Source: Tricharina praecox (lineage: Eukaryota). Taken from it: DNA of 49,300 bases. Position 1 is the first letter of the stretch. Every line of letters starts with the position of its first letter. The translations under genes and the position numbers were made by a program. The DNA lies in the NCBI RefSeq assembly GCF_024521635.1, contig NW_026250434.1, positions 372,001 to 421,300 on the forward strand. Direction: 5' to 3'. This document shows, piece by piece, positions 23,964 to 34,657 of the stretch. The notes below the pieces were generated by a model. That model was not told where the DNA came from and made no database searches. It saw only the letters and a list, made by a program, of their open reading frames with translations.

Positions 23964-24813
23964 CTACCACAACCAGAAGCCGACCGCTACCACCATAGCA
24001 GCCACCACGACCGTCCGAACGACACTCCCATCCGGCTGCGAGGCCGCCATCCGCTCCGCGAGAATTCTCTGGTCGACCTCCTCCCGGTCAAACGGAGCAT
24101 CCCGTTGGACGTCGGTGGCCATGCCACCCGCAACCGTCCGCAAATGCTCAAGAGGCATGCCAACGCGAGGGCATGGCGCTACGCGCGCACGCGCCGCGAG
24201 GCAAGCATCGTCTCGCTTCCGCCGGAGCTTCTCCTGGAAAATCCGCCGGGCCTCCTGCTGGGCAATGACCTTCTCACGCTCAAGGCAGCACGCCTTCCGG
24301 CGACGCCGCACCGCCTCCTGCTGGGCCAGCAGCTGACGTTCCGACGCCAGACGCTCGTAATTCTGCCGGATGTGCTCCGCCACGAGGGCCTACGTGTCCT
24401 TGCGCTCCGGCAAGGAGGGGAGGGGCTTGACTTCGATCTGGGCTCCGGTGTGAAGTTCCGCCTTCGCCACCATCGCCGCCCTTCGAGAAATGCGCTTGAC
24501 TGCAGGAAGCGTCTCGCTACTGGTCGAAGTGGCAGGCTAGGGGGAGGGTCAAGGGTCTCGGTGTTGGTTGGAAACGGCAGCGTAGGGGGAGGCGGAAGGG
24601 GCTCGCTGATGGTCAAAGGCGACGGCGCAGTGGCACGAGGAAAGGTTATTCTGCTGGCCAAAAGTTGCAGCGTAGGGGGAGGAGGACAAGTTTCGATGGT
24701 AGTTGTAAACGGCGGTGTAGTGGCAGCAAAAAAGGGCGCGCGCTGGTTAGCCTTGGGCTGGACATTCTCGCGTTTACTTTCCGGTCGGTCTTCGATGTGT
24801 GTGGTGGTGCCAT
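23964..24813 (-). pseudogene. Decayed tail-anchored coiled-coil protein gene, paralog A
   Basis: N-terminus MAPPHTSKTDRK; C-terminus ...AERMAASQPDGSVVRTVVVAAMVVAVGFWLW*. Frameshifts plus a TAG at 24390-24392 where paralog B has CAG. Confidence 0.75.
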
Positions 24814-25054
24814 CGTAGGGATTGGTGTCGAAGGCAAAGTTGTCGAGAGGAGAAAGACGTCTGGGTGTTCTGTGTGGAGAGAGTGGGGCAACAGAAGATG
24901 TGGTGCAGTGAAGAGGGAAGGAAGAGGAGAGACGGGAAGAAAGAAAGCAGCGGGTAGGTTGGGGGCGCCAGAATCAGGGTAACATTTCGATGTGATTCGT
25001 GGGGTGAGATAGGTCTATAACATTAGGGTATTTGCTGTTTGACTTGTGTGAAAA

Positions 25055-25090
25055 CTAGCTGGAATCCGTGCAGTGAAACCACGTGCACGG
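25055..25090 (-). mobile_element. Helitron-like 3' terminus (hairpin + CTAG|T)
   Basis: Minus strand reads CCGTGCACGTGGTTTCACTGCACGG-ATTCCAG-CTAG|T; degenerate homolog at 43065-43092. Confidence 0.45.
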
Positions 25091-25241
25091 CGAGTCATCA
25101 CAACAACTCTTCAACCTTCCCCGAAGTCTTATCCGTCTATGCTTCCTCGGTCTCCGGTGCGTTTCGATAGGGACCGGAAGAAATTATAACATCCGAGTTA
25201 TACGCGTCTAACCTGGGGGGGTTGTATGGTCTACTACCGCC

Positions 25242-25265
25242 CCACGTTATACGCGTATAACGTGG
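25242..25265. repeat. Perfect 24-bp palindrome within GTTATACGCG repeats
   Basis: CCACGTTATACGCGTATAACGTGG; GTTATACGCG also near 25197 and 25282. Confidence 0.9.
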
Positions 25266-27125
25266 TTTACTATCCCCCCATGTTATACGCGGAGGTCGTC
25301 TTCCATTCAGAGCAAAGGTTTTACCTCCTGGTCATCGATGAGTGAGATATATGCGCGATTGGCCAAATGCTGTTGGTCTGGCTGCTGTCCGAGAGGATGA
25401 CATCGGCTTTTTGATCGACTACAGTCTACACTCTCAATCCACGGCTGCTTCCCGGCGTCTCCCTGGCTATTAATCTTCAGATATACTGAGATCGATAGGA
25501 GGATAGGTAGGAATATGTGACTGTCTTGTTGCTTGCTGCTTCGTCTACAGTCTACTACGGGCCGATACCCTTCTATATAAACAGAATATATCTGCCATTG
25601 GGAGATAGACCCGACGGCGAGACCCGAGAGTAGAACATATCTCCCCCCCGGATCCAGTTCTCATGAGTGCGCCCTTGACTCCTTCAACACAGTGCTTCTT
25701 GAAACTTCACCATCGCCAGCGCCTTGCAGCGGACATGAAGAGATATCCTTCATGTGCTCCGGACGCCGACGTGATCCCCGGCCAAGCTCACTTAAGAGAA
25801 AGACGGTCAGCCCCGTCTCTAAGGGATGACAGATGAAACAACCGGGCGAATGGCACTCACCCTTCTCTGGATACTCCTTTCCCGAGGTTATATTGGCCTC
25901 TTTTATTCCTTTTCCTATACTACCAGGGCCCCGCCGGCATTAGTGTTCACGAGCAGGCCCCGTCTACGGTCTTTTGGAGAAGTTGAGATGTAGTTCACAC
26001 ATCTCTGTTCCGTTATTTTGACACCGTCAACGCCTGGCCCCACATGACGTAATTGGCTGTTCTCGCATCCACCTCATGCCGATCTTGGATAGTGTTCGTG
26101 ATTCATCTTGACCTTTTGGCAGCACCAGCTCATCTTGCCCAGCATTTCGTAATGATGTTACGTAAAAGACCGTGTGTGGATCTCCTGCCTTCACGTGTTG
26201 GAATAGTGAGGTCACGGCATCGCTCGCATTTAGGCATCGAGGCCTTTCGCTTTTACACCGCGCGTAGTCGGTAGACTCACCGACATATCCGGGCGTGGCT
26301 CTGCCACGTCCTGTGCGAGATTAGTGGAAGGTAAGAGGGGTTCGATGAATATTGTCAAAGTAGACGTTCGGAAGGCTCTAGAAGGCACACGGATATGTCA
26401 ACACCCTCGAACGACCGTCCCCATCTCAAAACCCGTTACCCGAAGGATATTCGTTTTACCTACGTAGGAGTATACTGCCTTGGACTTGACGAGTGTGTAT
26501 ATAGAATGACTCTCTAGCCCGAAGAGATGCATGAGAAGCGACACACAAATATCTTCACGTAGGTACTATCCATCTCGCCAATATCCTTGATCACTATTGT
26601 CTTGTGTTGTCCTAGTATTCGCACGTCAGGAAGTTACGGTTCGACGATGCTCTTCCCAAGAACAACTATGCGCAGAGTGGCAGAGGATTCCCACTCAGAT
26701 GTCGTCGCGGGATGCCTTTGCTCTTCATGTTGAACGTTGCATGTGGAAGTATCGAGTAGGTTGACCAAACATTCTCGAAAGCATCAGGTGGACCTGTTCT
26801 GGGGTGGAGTAACCTGGAGTAAACGAGAAATGCAACATCACCACGAGGGTCCTACCCAGGCTGTCTCGAAGCAACTCACAAGAGTCAGCTTGATTCTGAT
26901 CACAATCGGAAAGTGTCGCCGGACGACCTTTATATATAGCCCGTGTACCAAGATGAAGTGGATTGCTTCCCATTACACACAGATATGATTACACACATGG
27001 TGCATGTTGAGAGTATGCTCACATCAAACCATGATAAAAGGCGACAACTCCCTACGTTTGTTTGCCCTCCATTTACTATCCTGGTTTCGACCATCATTCC
27101 GATCTCAACAAAAGAAAACACCAAG

Positions 27126-28028
27126 ATGGCTACCTACATAAACTGTACCTGCGGAGATCCTTATTGCGACGGAAATGGCCCCCAGTGCTACCATCCCTAT
27201 AACCAGGTCCAAGGAGCTCCTGATATCGAGGTGGTAACAGTACCGGATCCCGTGTATGGCAGTCTGACATCATGGCCGGCAGGCATTCCTAGGCCAGTTG
27301 GGTACCCACCTGCAGCTTATCCAGGAGTTGAGTACGTTCCTGCGGCTTATCCACCAGTAGGCCCCCGCTACCCGCCAGTGCGTGGTGATCTATACAGGAG
27401 GCGTCGTGGATCTAGAACTCCAGACGACGATGCCGCGGTTCAGTTGGCGCTACTGCAGTCCACCGAAGATTTCGGGGGGTCCAGTGATTACTCGTCTCCG
27501 TACACACCACTGGACTCACCTATCAGCCGAAGCCCACTGCGTGGCGGCGAAGACGACTTCGAAGAGCAGCTACGGCGAGCAATCTCCGAGTCCGAACGCG
27601 AAGCCGCTCGCGCAAGACGGACCCGCCGCAATCCGCCCTCTGCGCGGCAGCATCCCCGACGCTATCCAACACCACCGGCTACTGCCGACGATTATGAGCA
27701 GCAGCTTCAAAGAGCTCTCGAGGAGTCTGCAAGGGACGCCGCTCCACCCCCTCGGATACGACCGAGTGAGCCCGCGGCACACCATCCTCGGTACGAATCG
27801 CCTCCTCGACGCGGCGGTGGGCCGCAGAAGACGTGCTCGATCTGTATGGAGGATTTCCCGGCTTCCGAGTGCGCCCGCTTGCTACCTTGTCAACACGATG
27901 ATTTCTGTGTGCCTTGCATCACGATGATGTGCAGAGGTGATACTCCTAAGACCTGCCCCTTGTGTAGGGTACCTTTTCATCAATACCAGAATGGTAGGCA
28001 AATCGTGGACTCGCGAATGCGAAGGTAG
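27126..28028 (+). CDS. RING (C3HC4) E3 ligase candidate with three UIM-like motifs, intronless, 300 aa
   Basis: C-terminal RING CSICMEDF...LPCQHDDFCVPCI...CPLCR. UIM-like DDAAVQLALLQSTE, DFEEQLRRAISESERE and DYEQQLQRALEESARD. TATA-like TATATATA near 26930. Confidence 0.85.
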   Translation: MATYINCTCGDPYCDGNGPQCYHPYNQVQGAPDIEVVTVPDPVYGSLTSWPAGIPRPVGYPPAAYPGVEYVPAAYPPVGPRYPPVRGDLYRRRRGSRTPDDDAAVQLALLQSTEDFGGSSDYSSPYTPLDSPISRSPLRGGEDDFEEQLRRAISESEREAARARRTRRNPPSARQHPRRYPTPPATADDYEQQLQRALEESARDAAPPPRIRPSEPAAHHPRYESPPRRGGGPQKTCSICMEDFPASECARLLPCQHDDFCVPCITMMCRGDTPKTCPLCRVPFHQYQNGRQIVDSRMRR

Positions 28029-28551
28029 CTTATGGAATAATTTTGGCTACGGAAGGGAAGTGGACAGCGGTGATTGTGTAAGCTCACTGCATTTTGTTTA
28101 TCTTCAGTCGTGGGGGAAAACGGAGGAACTATATCGCCAAGTGAAGACTACCGTAGTAATCACAGCGTCCGGGGCTCAGTGCGTGATACGTGGATATCGT
28201 GAGAGTGACCTCGGCAGGAGAGGAATGTTCATGAAATACAACGGTGGCTACGATGCACCCTGTAGAAAACAAGTTGAACGCCACCGCGAGTTGCCGCCGT
28301 TGTATTGAGCGTAGGACTATAAGTTGTGGCCAGACCAGCGGTCTTTCCGGCTCACTCATCCCCACCAACGCCGGCGAAAATAAGATACGACTCAATACTC
28401 CTAATACACTACGTCCTCCAGAGTCACCAGATTTTTCTCGGTCGATCTGGTTTGATCGTTCCAGAAGCCCCGCCGCTCACATATCTCCTCGGGTCTCCAC
28501 TCCACAGCACGCCCTCATCGTCACATCGACCCAAACCAAAACACGGCGAAG

Positions 28552-29154
28552 ATGCCGGTCGGTGGCTTCATTGAGATCTTCACCCACCCTGAACTACCGA
28601 ATGAGAGAGAAGCGCAACAGCTCCTGGAGCGGGTCGCGAGAATGGTGCGGCCAGTAATGCTCTCCAACCGTCTCTCCGGAGAGTCACTGTACGAGGGAAT
28701 GGACACTGAGTTCGCCGAGATTTCTGACGACGGCGTCGCCGATGACAATATTCTAATGGGTATGCACACGTTGAATCTGGCAGGGGAGCAGCAAATATTT
28801 CTGCGCCTACGGCATCCTGCCAACATATCCTGCTTTGTGGACGAGGTGCAGATTTGCGACACGTTGCTACACGAGCTGATGCACAACATTCACAGGGACC
28901 ACGAGGCTCCGTTCAGGGCGATGTGGCACCGTCTGAGACTCGAATTCCTCGATCTGATGAATAGGGGTGCCGTCCATGTTGATGGATTCGGCCCGAACGA
29001 CCCGCCGCAGGTCCTACCTTGGCAGCCCATCAGTGACCATCCATACGAGTATGTGTTCCACGGCTCAGTGCGACTTGCAGGGCCTCATGGTCCCGGTAAC
29101 CATCGTAGCCGTCATCACCCTCCGCCTCGTATCCGCAGGCGCAGGTACTACTAA
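28552..29154 (+). CDS. WLM-domain (Wss1-like) zinc metalloprotease, catalytic domain only, intronless
   Basis: LPNEREAQQLLERVARMVRPVM...IFLRLRHP...DTLLHELMHNIHRDHEAPFRAMWHRLR (HExxH plus downstream His). Confidence 0.85.
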   Translation: MPVGGFIEIFTHPELPNEREAQQLLERVARMVRPVMLSNRLSGESLYEGMDTEFAEISDDGVADDNILMGMHTLNLAGEQQIFLRLRHPANISCFVDEVQICDTLLHELMHNIHRDHEAPFRAMWHRLRLEFLDLMNRGAVHVDGFGPNDPPQVLPWQPISDHPYEYVFHGSVRLAGPHGPGNHRSRHHPPPRIRRRRYY

Positions 29155-29558
29155 TTATGAGCTGGATGAGACTGCGCGCCAGTTAGATCCGAGAGGGACA
29201 CGCCGCTGCGATTGAAGTCGCATATGATAGTGGGTGTTCGGCAGATGTGGGGTTCATATCTCGAGGGAGGGTAACCCGGGTCGAGTTGGGGTCGAGAAGT
29301 TGGGGTACTACATGACGAACTCCTATAGATGGACTTTCCTCTTTAGACAGCACGTTTACATCTAACGACCACCACCGTCTCTCACATTGATAGCAACACT
29401 CTGTGTCTGTCCGGTTCTAAAAATCTACGTTCCGGGTGAGTGGGTGCACCTGAAACTCCGCGAGCACGACCTTTGAAAAGATCGCTGATAAACACCGAAG
29501 CTCGAACATGCCGACCGCTGGCCCTGCCGGAGATCCGCTGCTCTAAACGAGCGGGTCC

Positions 29559-31069
29559 ATGCTCGACGCCGCTACTAGGCTACACCCGCACTTCGGTCGG
29601 TTACCGGCTGGTTCGTCCAAGCTCCCGACGAGCACAACGGGCCAGGAAAAGGCGCCCGTCCTAGATTTCGGAACCCCGGCGCAGCCAAACTTGAACTTCA
29701 ACTTCCAGGATATTCCCAACGACCAGCGCACGACGGAATTCTACAAGTTTCAGTACGATACAGTCTGCATGAGGTTCAACATGCAGACCGACCCAACCAA
29801 GATTAGTGAAGAGGACTTGCGAATGAACGTCCTCTACAACGCTGCTCTCGCTGACATGGTACGCGACGGACTTTACCTTGTTGATCGCGAAACCGCCTTG
29901 CGCAGACATGCCGAAGATGAACTGAATAAGGCAAAGGAGGAAGGGGATGGCAAGACACAGGAAGTGACGAAGGTGAATGTCGAGCTCCTCGACCTATACT
30001 GCCAACTGCGGCAATCGAACCACGTTCTCACCAGATCGGACCCCCGAATCTTCCGTGTTAAAGACATCAGCTTGCCTAAATATGATGGTAATACAAGCGT
30101 CGCCGCCATCAACGATTTTTTGACCGCTATGGAGTGTAGCTTGCGCGAAGCTAGCACACAGTCTCTGGGGATTGAGGTACCGCTCGATACCACAGTGTGG
30201 TCCAGCGCCGCGATCATGCAGCTGCGCAACCCGATTCAGGCGGCGTACCCCGGTGCCCTCAGTGGGCCAACAATAAGTGGATCCCAGGCGATCACACCAC
30301 TCCCACCTGGGAGACATTTTAAACAGGATCTGCAGGATCGTTTCATCCCCTGGTCGGCGACGCAGCATGCAGTCCGTGCATTTGACGATCTAGCAATCGG
30401 TAAAGCAGCGAGAATGGACTCTTTCAACCAAGAATTTCTTCGCTTGGTATCCAATGTCAAGCTGGCGACTGGCAAGGATCCTGCAAATATGCTCGGAGCT
30501 TACATCAAGAAACTTGACCGTGCGGCTTCAAAGCAGCAACTGGCTATCAACTGCGACATGTGGTTGTTTGACATTGAGCAACGGGGTGATCAACCTCCCG
30601 ATCTAGCAACCACGATGAACTGGGTAGAGCGCCTGGATGAGAGAATCTACCATCGTTCTTCCCGTGATTTTTTCGCAGCGGCTCAGGTCCTGGCCCCTAT
30701 ACCACAAGTAGCTCGCCATCTGCGGGCCCCGATGCTATGGATTGGCAGGCGTACCTGACTCGGTTGGCCAACGAATCAATGGAAGCGAACTTCACGAAGA
30801 TGGGATTCAACAGAACGTCTGATAAGAAGAAGCCTGGAAACTCGACCGCCGGTCCCAACCTCAGTTCAACTGCGCAACAGGCGTATGACGCGACCCAGGA
30901 ATGCTGGGGCTGCAAAAAGGTGGGCCATATTCGAAACAACTGCCCTCAGAAGTCTATCTACAGGAGTAAACTTCTCGACCCCAACTCAACCCGGGTTACC
31001 CTCCCTCGAGATATAAACCCCACAGCAGAACAGACTGCCGTTTCGCGGCGGTCGGAGGTTTGGAGTTAG
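29559..31069 (+). mobile_element. Ty3/Gypsy-like gag (capsid + CCHC knuckle) without pol
   Basis: Motifs LPKYDG and FKQDLQDRF; GPDAMDW and CWGCKKVGHIRNNCP lie in the -1 frame (30737-31069). No protease/RT motifs downstream and no paired LTR seen. Confidence 0.75.
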
Positions 31070-32084
31070 GTAGTTTTTCTTTGATACATTTCTGATTTCT
31101 TTTATACGCGTTTGCCAATGTGGCCCTGTCCTTGGGATTGCTGTTATACCGGCCTGATATCTGCGTTTTCAATTGTTGATGTAAATACTCCTCTAGAGTG
31201 ATTTCCGGCAGCAGTAATAAACCCATTGAGCCAGATGTCTCGCTGATAGCCACGTGAAAGATATGTGGGAGGATACATCGACAAGTCCGATGGTAACGAA
31301 ATAGGATTAAATATCCAACGAAATGTGACGAATACGGAATCCCCGGCCATCTAGAAACCAGTGAGACTGGCAAGTGCTCAGCGAGTGAGAATTAGTGAAC
31401 ATAGTTTGAGCAACGAGTGATGGCATAAGGGACCCGTGGAACACTGACATATCTAGGCTCATGTAAGCCTCCCAAGAGCTGCTGTCTCGGTATATTGTAG
31501 GTAACAATTACCTTTTATGCTGCCTGGGGAGCATGGCACCAACGTAGGTAGGTAGTTCTAGGCAGGTGCTTGTTGGAAGTGAACTACTAAATCCGCGTCA
31601 AGGGGTTTTTTGTTTTTGTGGGGCCGGGGCCAGTCTTGCACTTCTACAGTCTCTAGAAGTTTTTATTTCTTTTCTTGCGTGTGACCTACCTAGCAGCTAA
31701 AGTATTACACGCAAACTCGGTTTCCACGTCCACAGCCTAACTCGAAGGTGTTTCTGTCGAAGATGATCACATGACGCTTATATCGTCCGGACTTGCAGTA
31801 GTCGCTTCAAAGATGGCTGTCACGCCGAACATTGAATACGATGTTACTTGGTGCGACAGCTCTCTCCATTGTATTGCGATCTACGTATCAAAGAATAAAA
31901 ACCCCCGGTCTACCGCATCGGATTTTGTTGCAGTCCTATTACATGCATCTATCATACATACCAACAACCCCAACGAACCTAACGAATACCGCTCCGACTT
32001 CAGCACCTCAACTTTTCGTCACCGAAAGAACCAATCCGTCGAGCCACCGCCCTACTTCGACTCCGCACACTGTCATCCAGAAAC

Positions 32085-32279
32085 ATGCCTATGCCTCGTC
32101 TCGATGCTCTGCAGTGTGTTTTCTGCAAGCAATGGATCAACCCCGGCACCCGCGGCCAATTGAGCAACTGCGGCCATAAGGACTTCCACCTCAAGTGTAT
32201 CTACTACATGGCTAAGAATGTGGGCGGCGACTATCAATGCCCGACTTGCTACAAAGTCGGTATAGCGCTGAGCGGGTAA
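32085..32279 (+). CDS. 64-aa stand-alone RING-H2-like protein
   Basis: CVFC-x14-CGHKDFHLKC-x13-CPTC: all eight Zn ligands present. Confidence 0.7.
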   Translation: MPMPRLDALQCVFCKQWINPGTRGQLSNCGHKDFHLKCIYYMAKNVGGDYQCPTCYKVGIALSG

Positions 32280-33892
32280 TCTCAAAGCGAGGCGGTGGAC
32301 ACGCCTGCGTGTCAAAGGGGGTTATAGAGGTTCCAATTTGCGCATTCTTCGTGTTTGGCTAGTGCGCTACATATCATAAATGCTTATATTCCTCTGTCGG
32401 GTGAACCGGGATTTTCTTTCATGGTGCTAGGGACTCGTGGAGAGATTCAAATTACGTGTAAATGCGAAGGGAGCCCTGCCGGAACGATCGATTCCAAGAT
32501 GTTGAACGCAGATTCCCTCAATTACTTTTATCGTCGGTCAATCGCCCGCTGTTGTAGACGCCGTTTCCACCTTTCGTTGTGGCCACTGCGCGCCACTTGC
32601 ACAGGCTACGGGGGGCTTTTTCCGGATGAATCAATGCTGATTTCTTTCCACGCGAAATCCTGGGTGCGGTGGTGCAGTCACGGCAGTGTGTGGTGAGATG
32701 ACTGTTTCCGGCACGAGGTGGTTCATCGACGTGGGGGAGCGGGCGCCGGGATTCCCCTCCTTGGAGCGTAGCGTGGGGATCCTCGGACGTCTGGTTAAAC
32801 TTTTCGGCTGGGTGGCCACGGGTTAGGTTTTCCAGGGTGATTGTGGTTTGCGAATACGCTTCACGGACTCCAAATCACGATATACTCGTCGCGTCTCCTA
32901 AAATATTGACTCACATGTTCGCAAGTAGAACGTCTCATTATGGTGACTGGCAGAAACAATTTTTAGTATCAACCCCCATCGGCCCGCTCCTCCACATTTC
33001 GCATTCACTTCAAACTTCTAGCCTTCATTCAGCCACTGCGGCGGCAAACCGGCAGCGTCGGCGCCATTCTTTTAAACTGCGCCCACCAGCACACCTTATA
33101 TGAAGAAAGTGTACCTATGCAGTCCCGCAAATTGTCGGATGATACGGAGCACCGATCTAGAGATCGGTCGCCGTTGTCTCCTCCTCCTCTTCATCCGTAT
33201 TTTCGCGCCTGGGTTCGTCGACCGCGTGGACATTCAGTTGCGAGACTAGAAGGGGGTTCCGGGAAGCCTCAATGGCCGAGCACACACTTATAAAGTGCAT
33301 TCATAAAGAGAAGCGATTATCCGTAAATAAATCAAGCGTAATCAGCAGCAGATACTGGATCTATTCCTATAGGGTATGTGTAGATTTGGAGAGGACCCCT
33401 GGTGGTTGTTGCCGACCGGGTTGGTGCGGCTGACGTGGCGGCGGCGCTCAGCTGTTTGCATCGGTACTATTATGGTCGGGCGACCAGCAGGGACCCCGCA
33501 CATGTCGATGTCGACGGCGATTGACCGTCGCTCGGCGACGTGGCATTCGCGGCTGAAAATCGAAATCTGCGTAGTATGTAGGATCGTATAATAGATTCTG
33601 ACAATTCTCTTTTCAAAGCTCTGGCAATGTAAATTGTGTCGACTACAAGGCCTATCACTACAACGTGGGTTTGAGGACAGATGTTGGAAATGAGGTTTTG
33701 CCAAATGGTTGATCTTCCGAGAAGCTGCTCTCGTGTGGCTCCCTCGAGTCACTGATTTTCTCAAAGCGCGCTTGAACTTTAATTCTGCTCCTGGAGCGTT
33801 ACCGCCGTAGACTACAGCATACATCCTAATATATGTGGTTCATATGCGTAGCGAGGTATCGTACGTTCGTCTGTAGCATGGTATCGTACACA

Positions 33893-34657
33893 TCAGACTC
33901 CCAAGCAAAGCTCATCAAACAACTGCTCTCCCCAGCCTCTCTCTGAATACCTCAAGCACCACCTCAGCCCCTTCTCTTCGTCTGCTCCCCATGCGATAGC
34001 CTCCACCGTACCATCTTTTCCAGGATGACTCGACATCACTCCGGAGAAAATGCAAACATAATGCAGCGCGTGGGCGATATTCGCGATCTCCTGCCACCAC
34101 TCGCACCACTCTTCCTCTCCGCGGTTGACAACGACGAACCTCCAGTCGTCCATTCCCCTCCACCTCCACGCGGCGGACTCCTGCACTTCGTCGGGGAGAA
34201 TGCACGTTCGGTTCGACATGCGCCGCATCGACGGAATCAGCCCGCAGCCGTTCTCAAAGTTCATGTGTGCGGGCGAAGGTAGGAGCGTGCAGCCGTAGCT
34301 GGGGACTCGGCGTTTCGGCTTCGGCTGCAGCACGAGCTGTTGCAATCGCTTGACGGCGGAAGTTTCTAGAGTTCCGTCTGCGCCGTGCTGGCCGGCGGTG
34401 GCGGAGGAATGCGGCGCCAGGAGGGCGAGCGGGCTCCGCGGAGGGAATTCACAGGTGTAGTCGTTTTCGGTAAAGAGGGGGTCCCACCGTGCGCCGTAGG
34501 TGACGGTCGAGGTGCGGTTGCAGTAGCTGGTCGAGTTGATGGGGAGCGGCCCCGCGAGCGTTGGGACACCGCGCATGCTGTGTGGTATGGGCTCGCCCGA
34601 GGAGCAGGAAGAGACTACGAGGAAACCGGGTATGAGCAGCTTCGCATGCACCATCAC
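33893..34657 (-). CDS. Putative secreted Cys-rich protein with Kex2-like pro-domain
   Basis: Hydrophobic N-terminus (KLLIPGFLVVSSCSS), dibasic AVKR and PKRR, then a ~135-aa domain with 7 Cys; intronless, 254 aa. Confidence 0.6.
   Translation of the reverse strand: MMVHAKLLIPGFLVVSSCSSGEPIPHSMRGVPTLAGPLPINSTSYCNRTSTVTYGARWDPLFTENDYTCEFPPRSPLALLAPHSSATAGQHGADGTLETSAVKRLQQLVLQPKPKRRVPSYGCTLLPSPAHMNFENGCGLIPSMRRMSNRTCILPDEVQESAAWRWRGMDDWRFVVVNRGEEEWCEWWQEIANIAHALHYVCIFSGVMSSHPGKDGTVEAIAWGADEEKGLRWCLRYSERGWGEQLFDELCLGV

Noticed and set aside
23937..24818. 293-aa plus-strand ORF
   Set aside because: Antisense shadow of paralog A; homology and domain logic lie on the minus strand
25663..25836. 57-aa ORF after TATATAAA near 25575
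   Set aside because: No motif or homology evidence
29290..29395. 5' LTR for the gag element
   Set aside because: No matching 3' LTR, PPT or TSD visible
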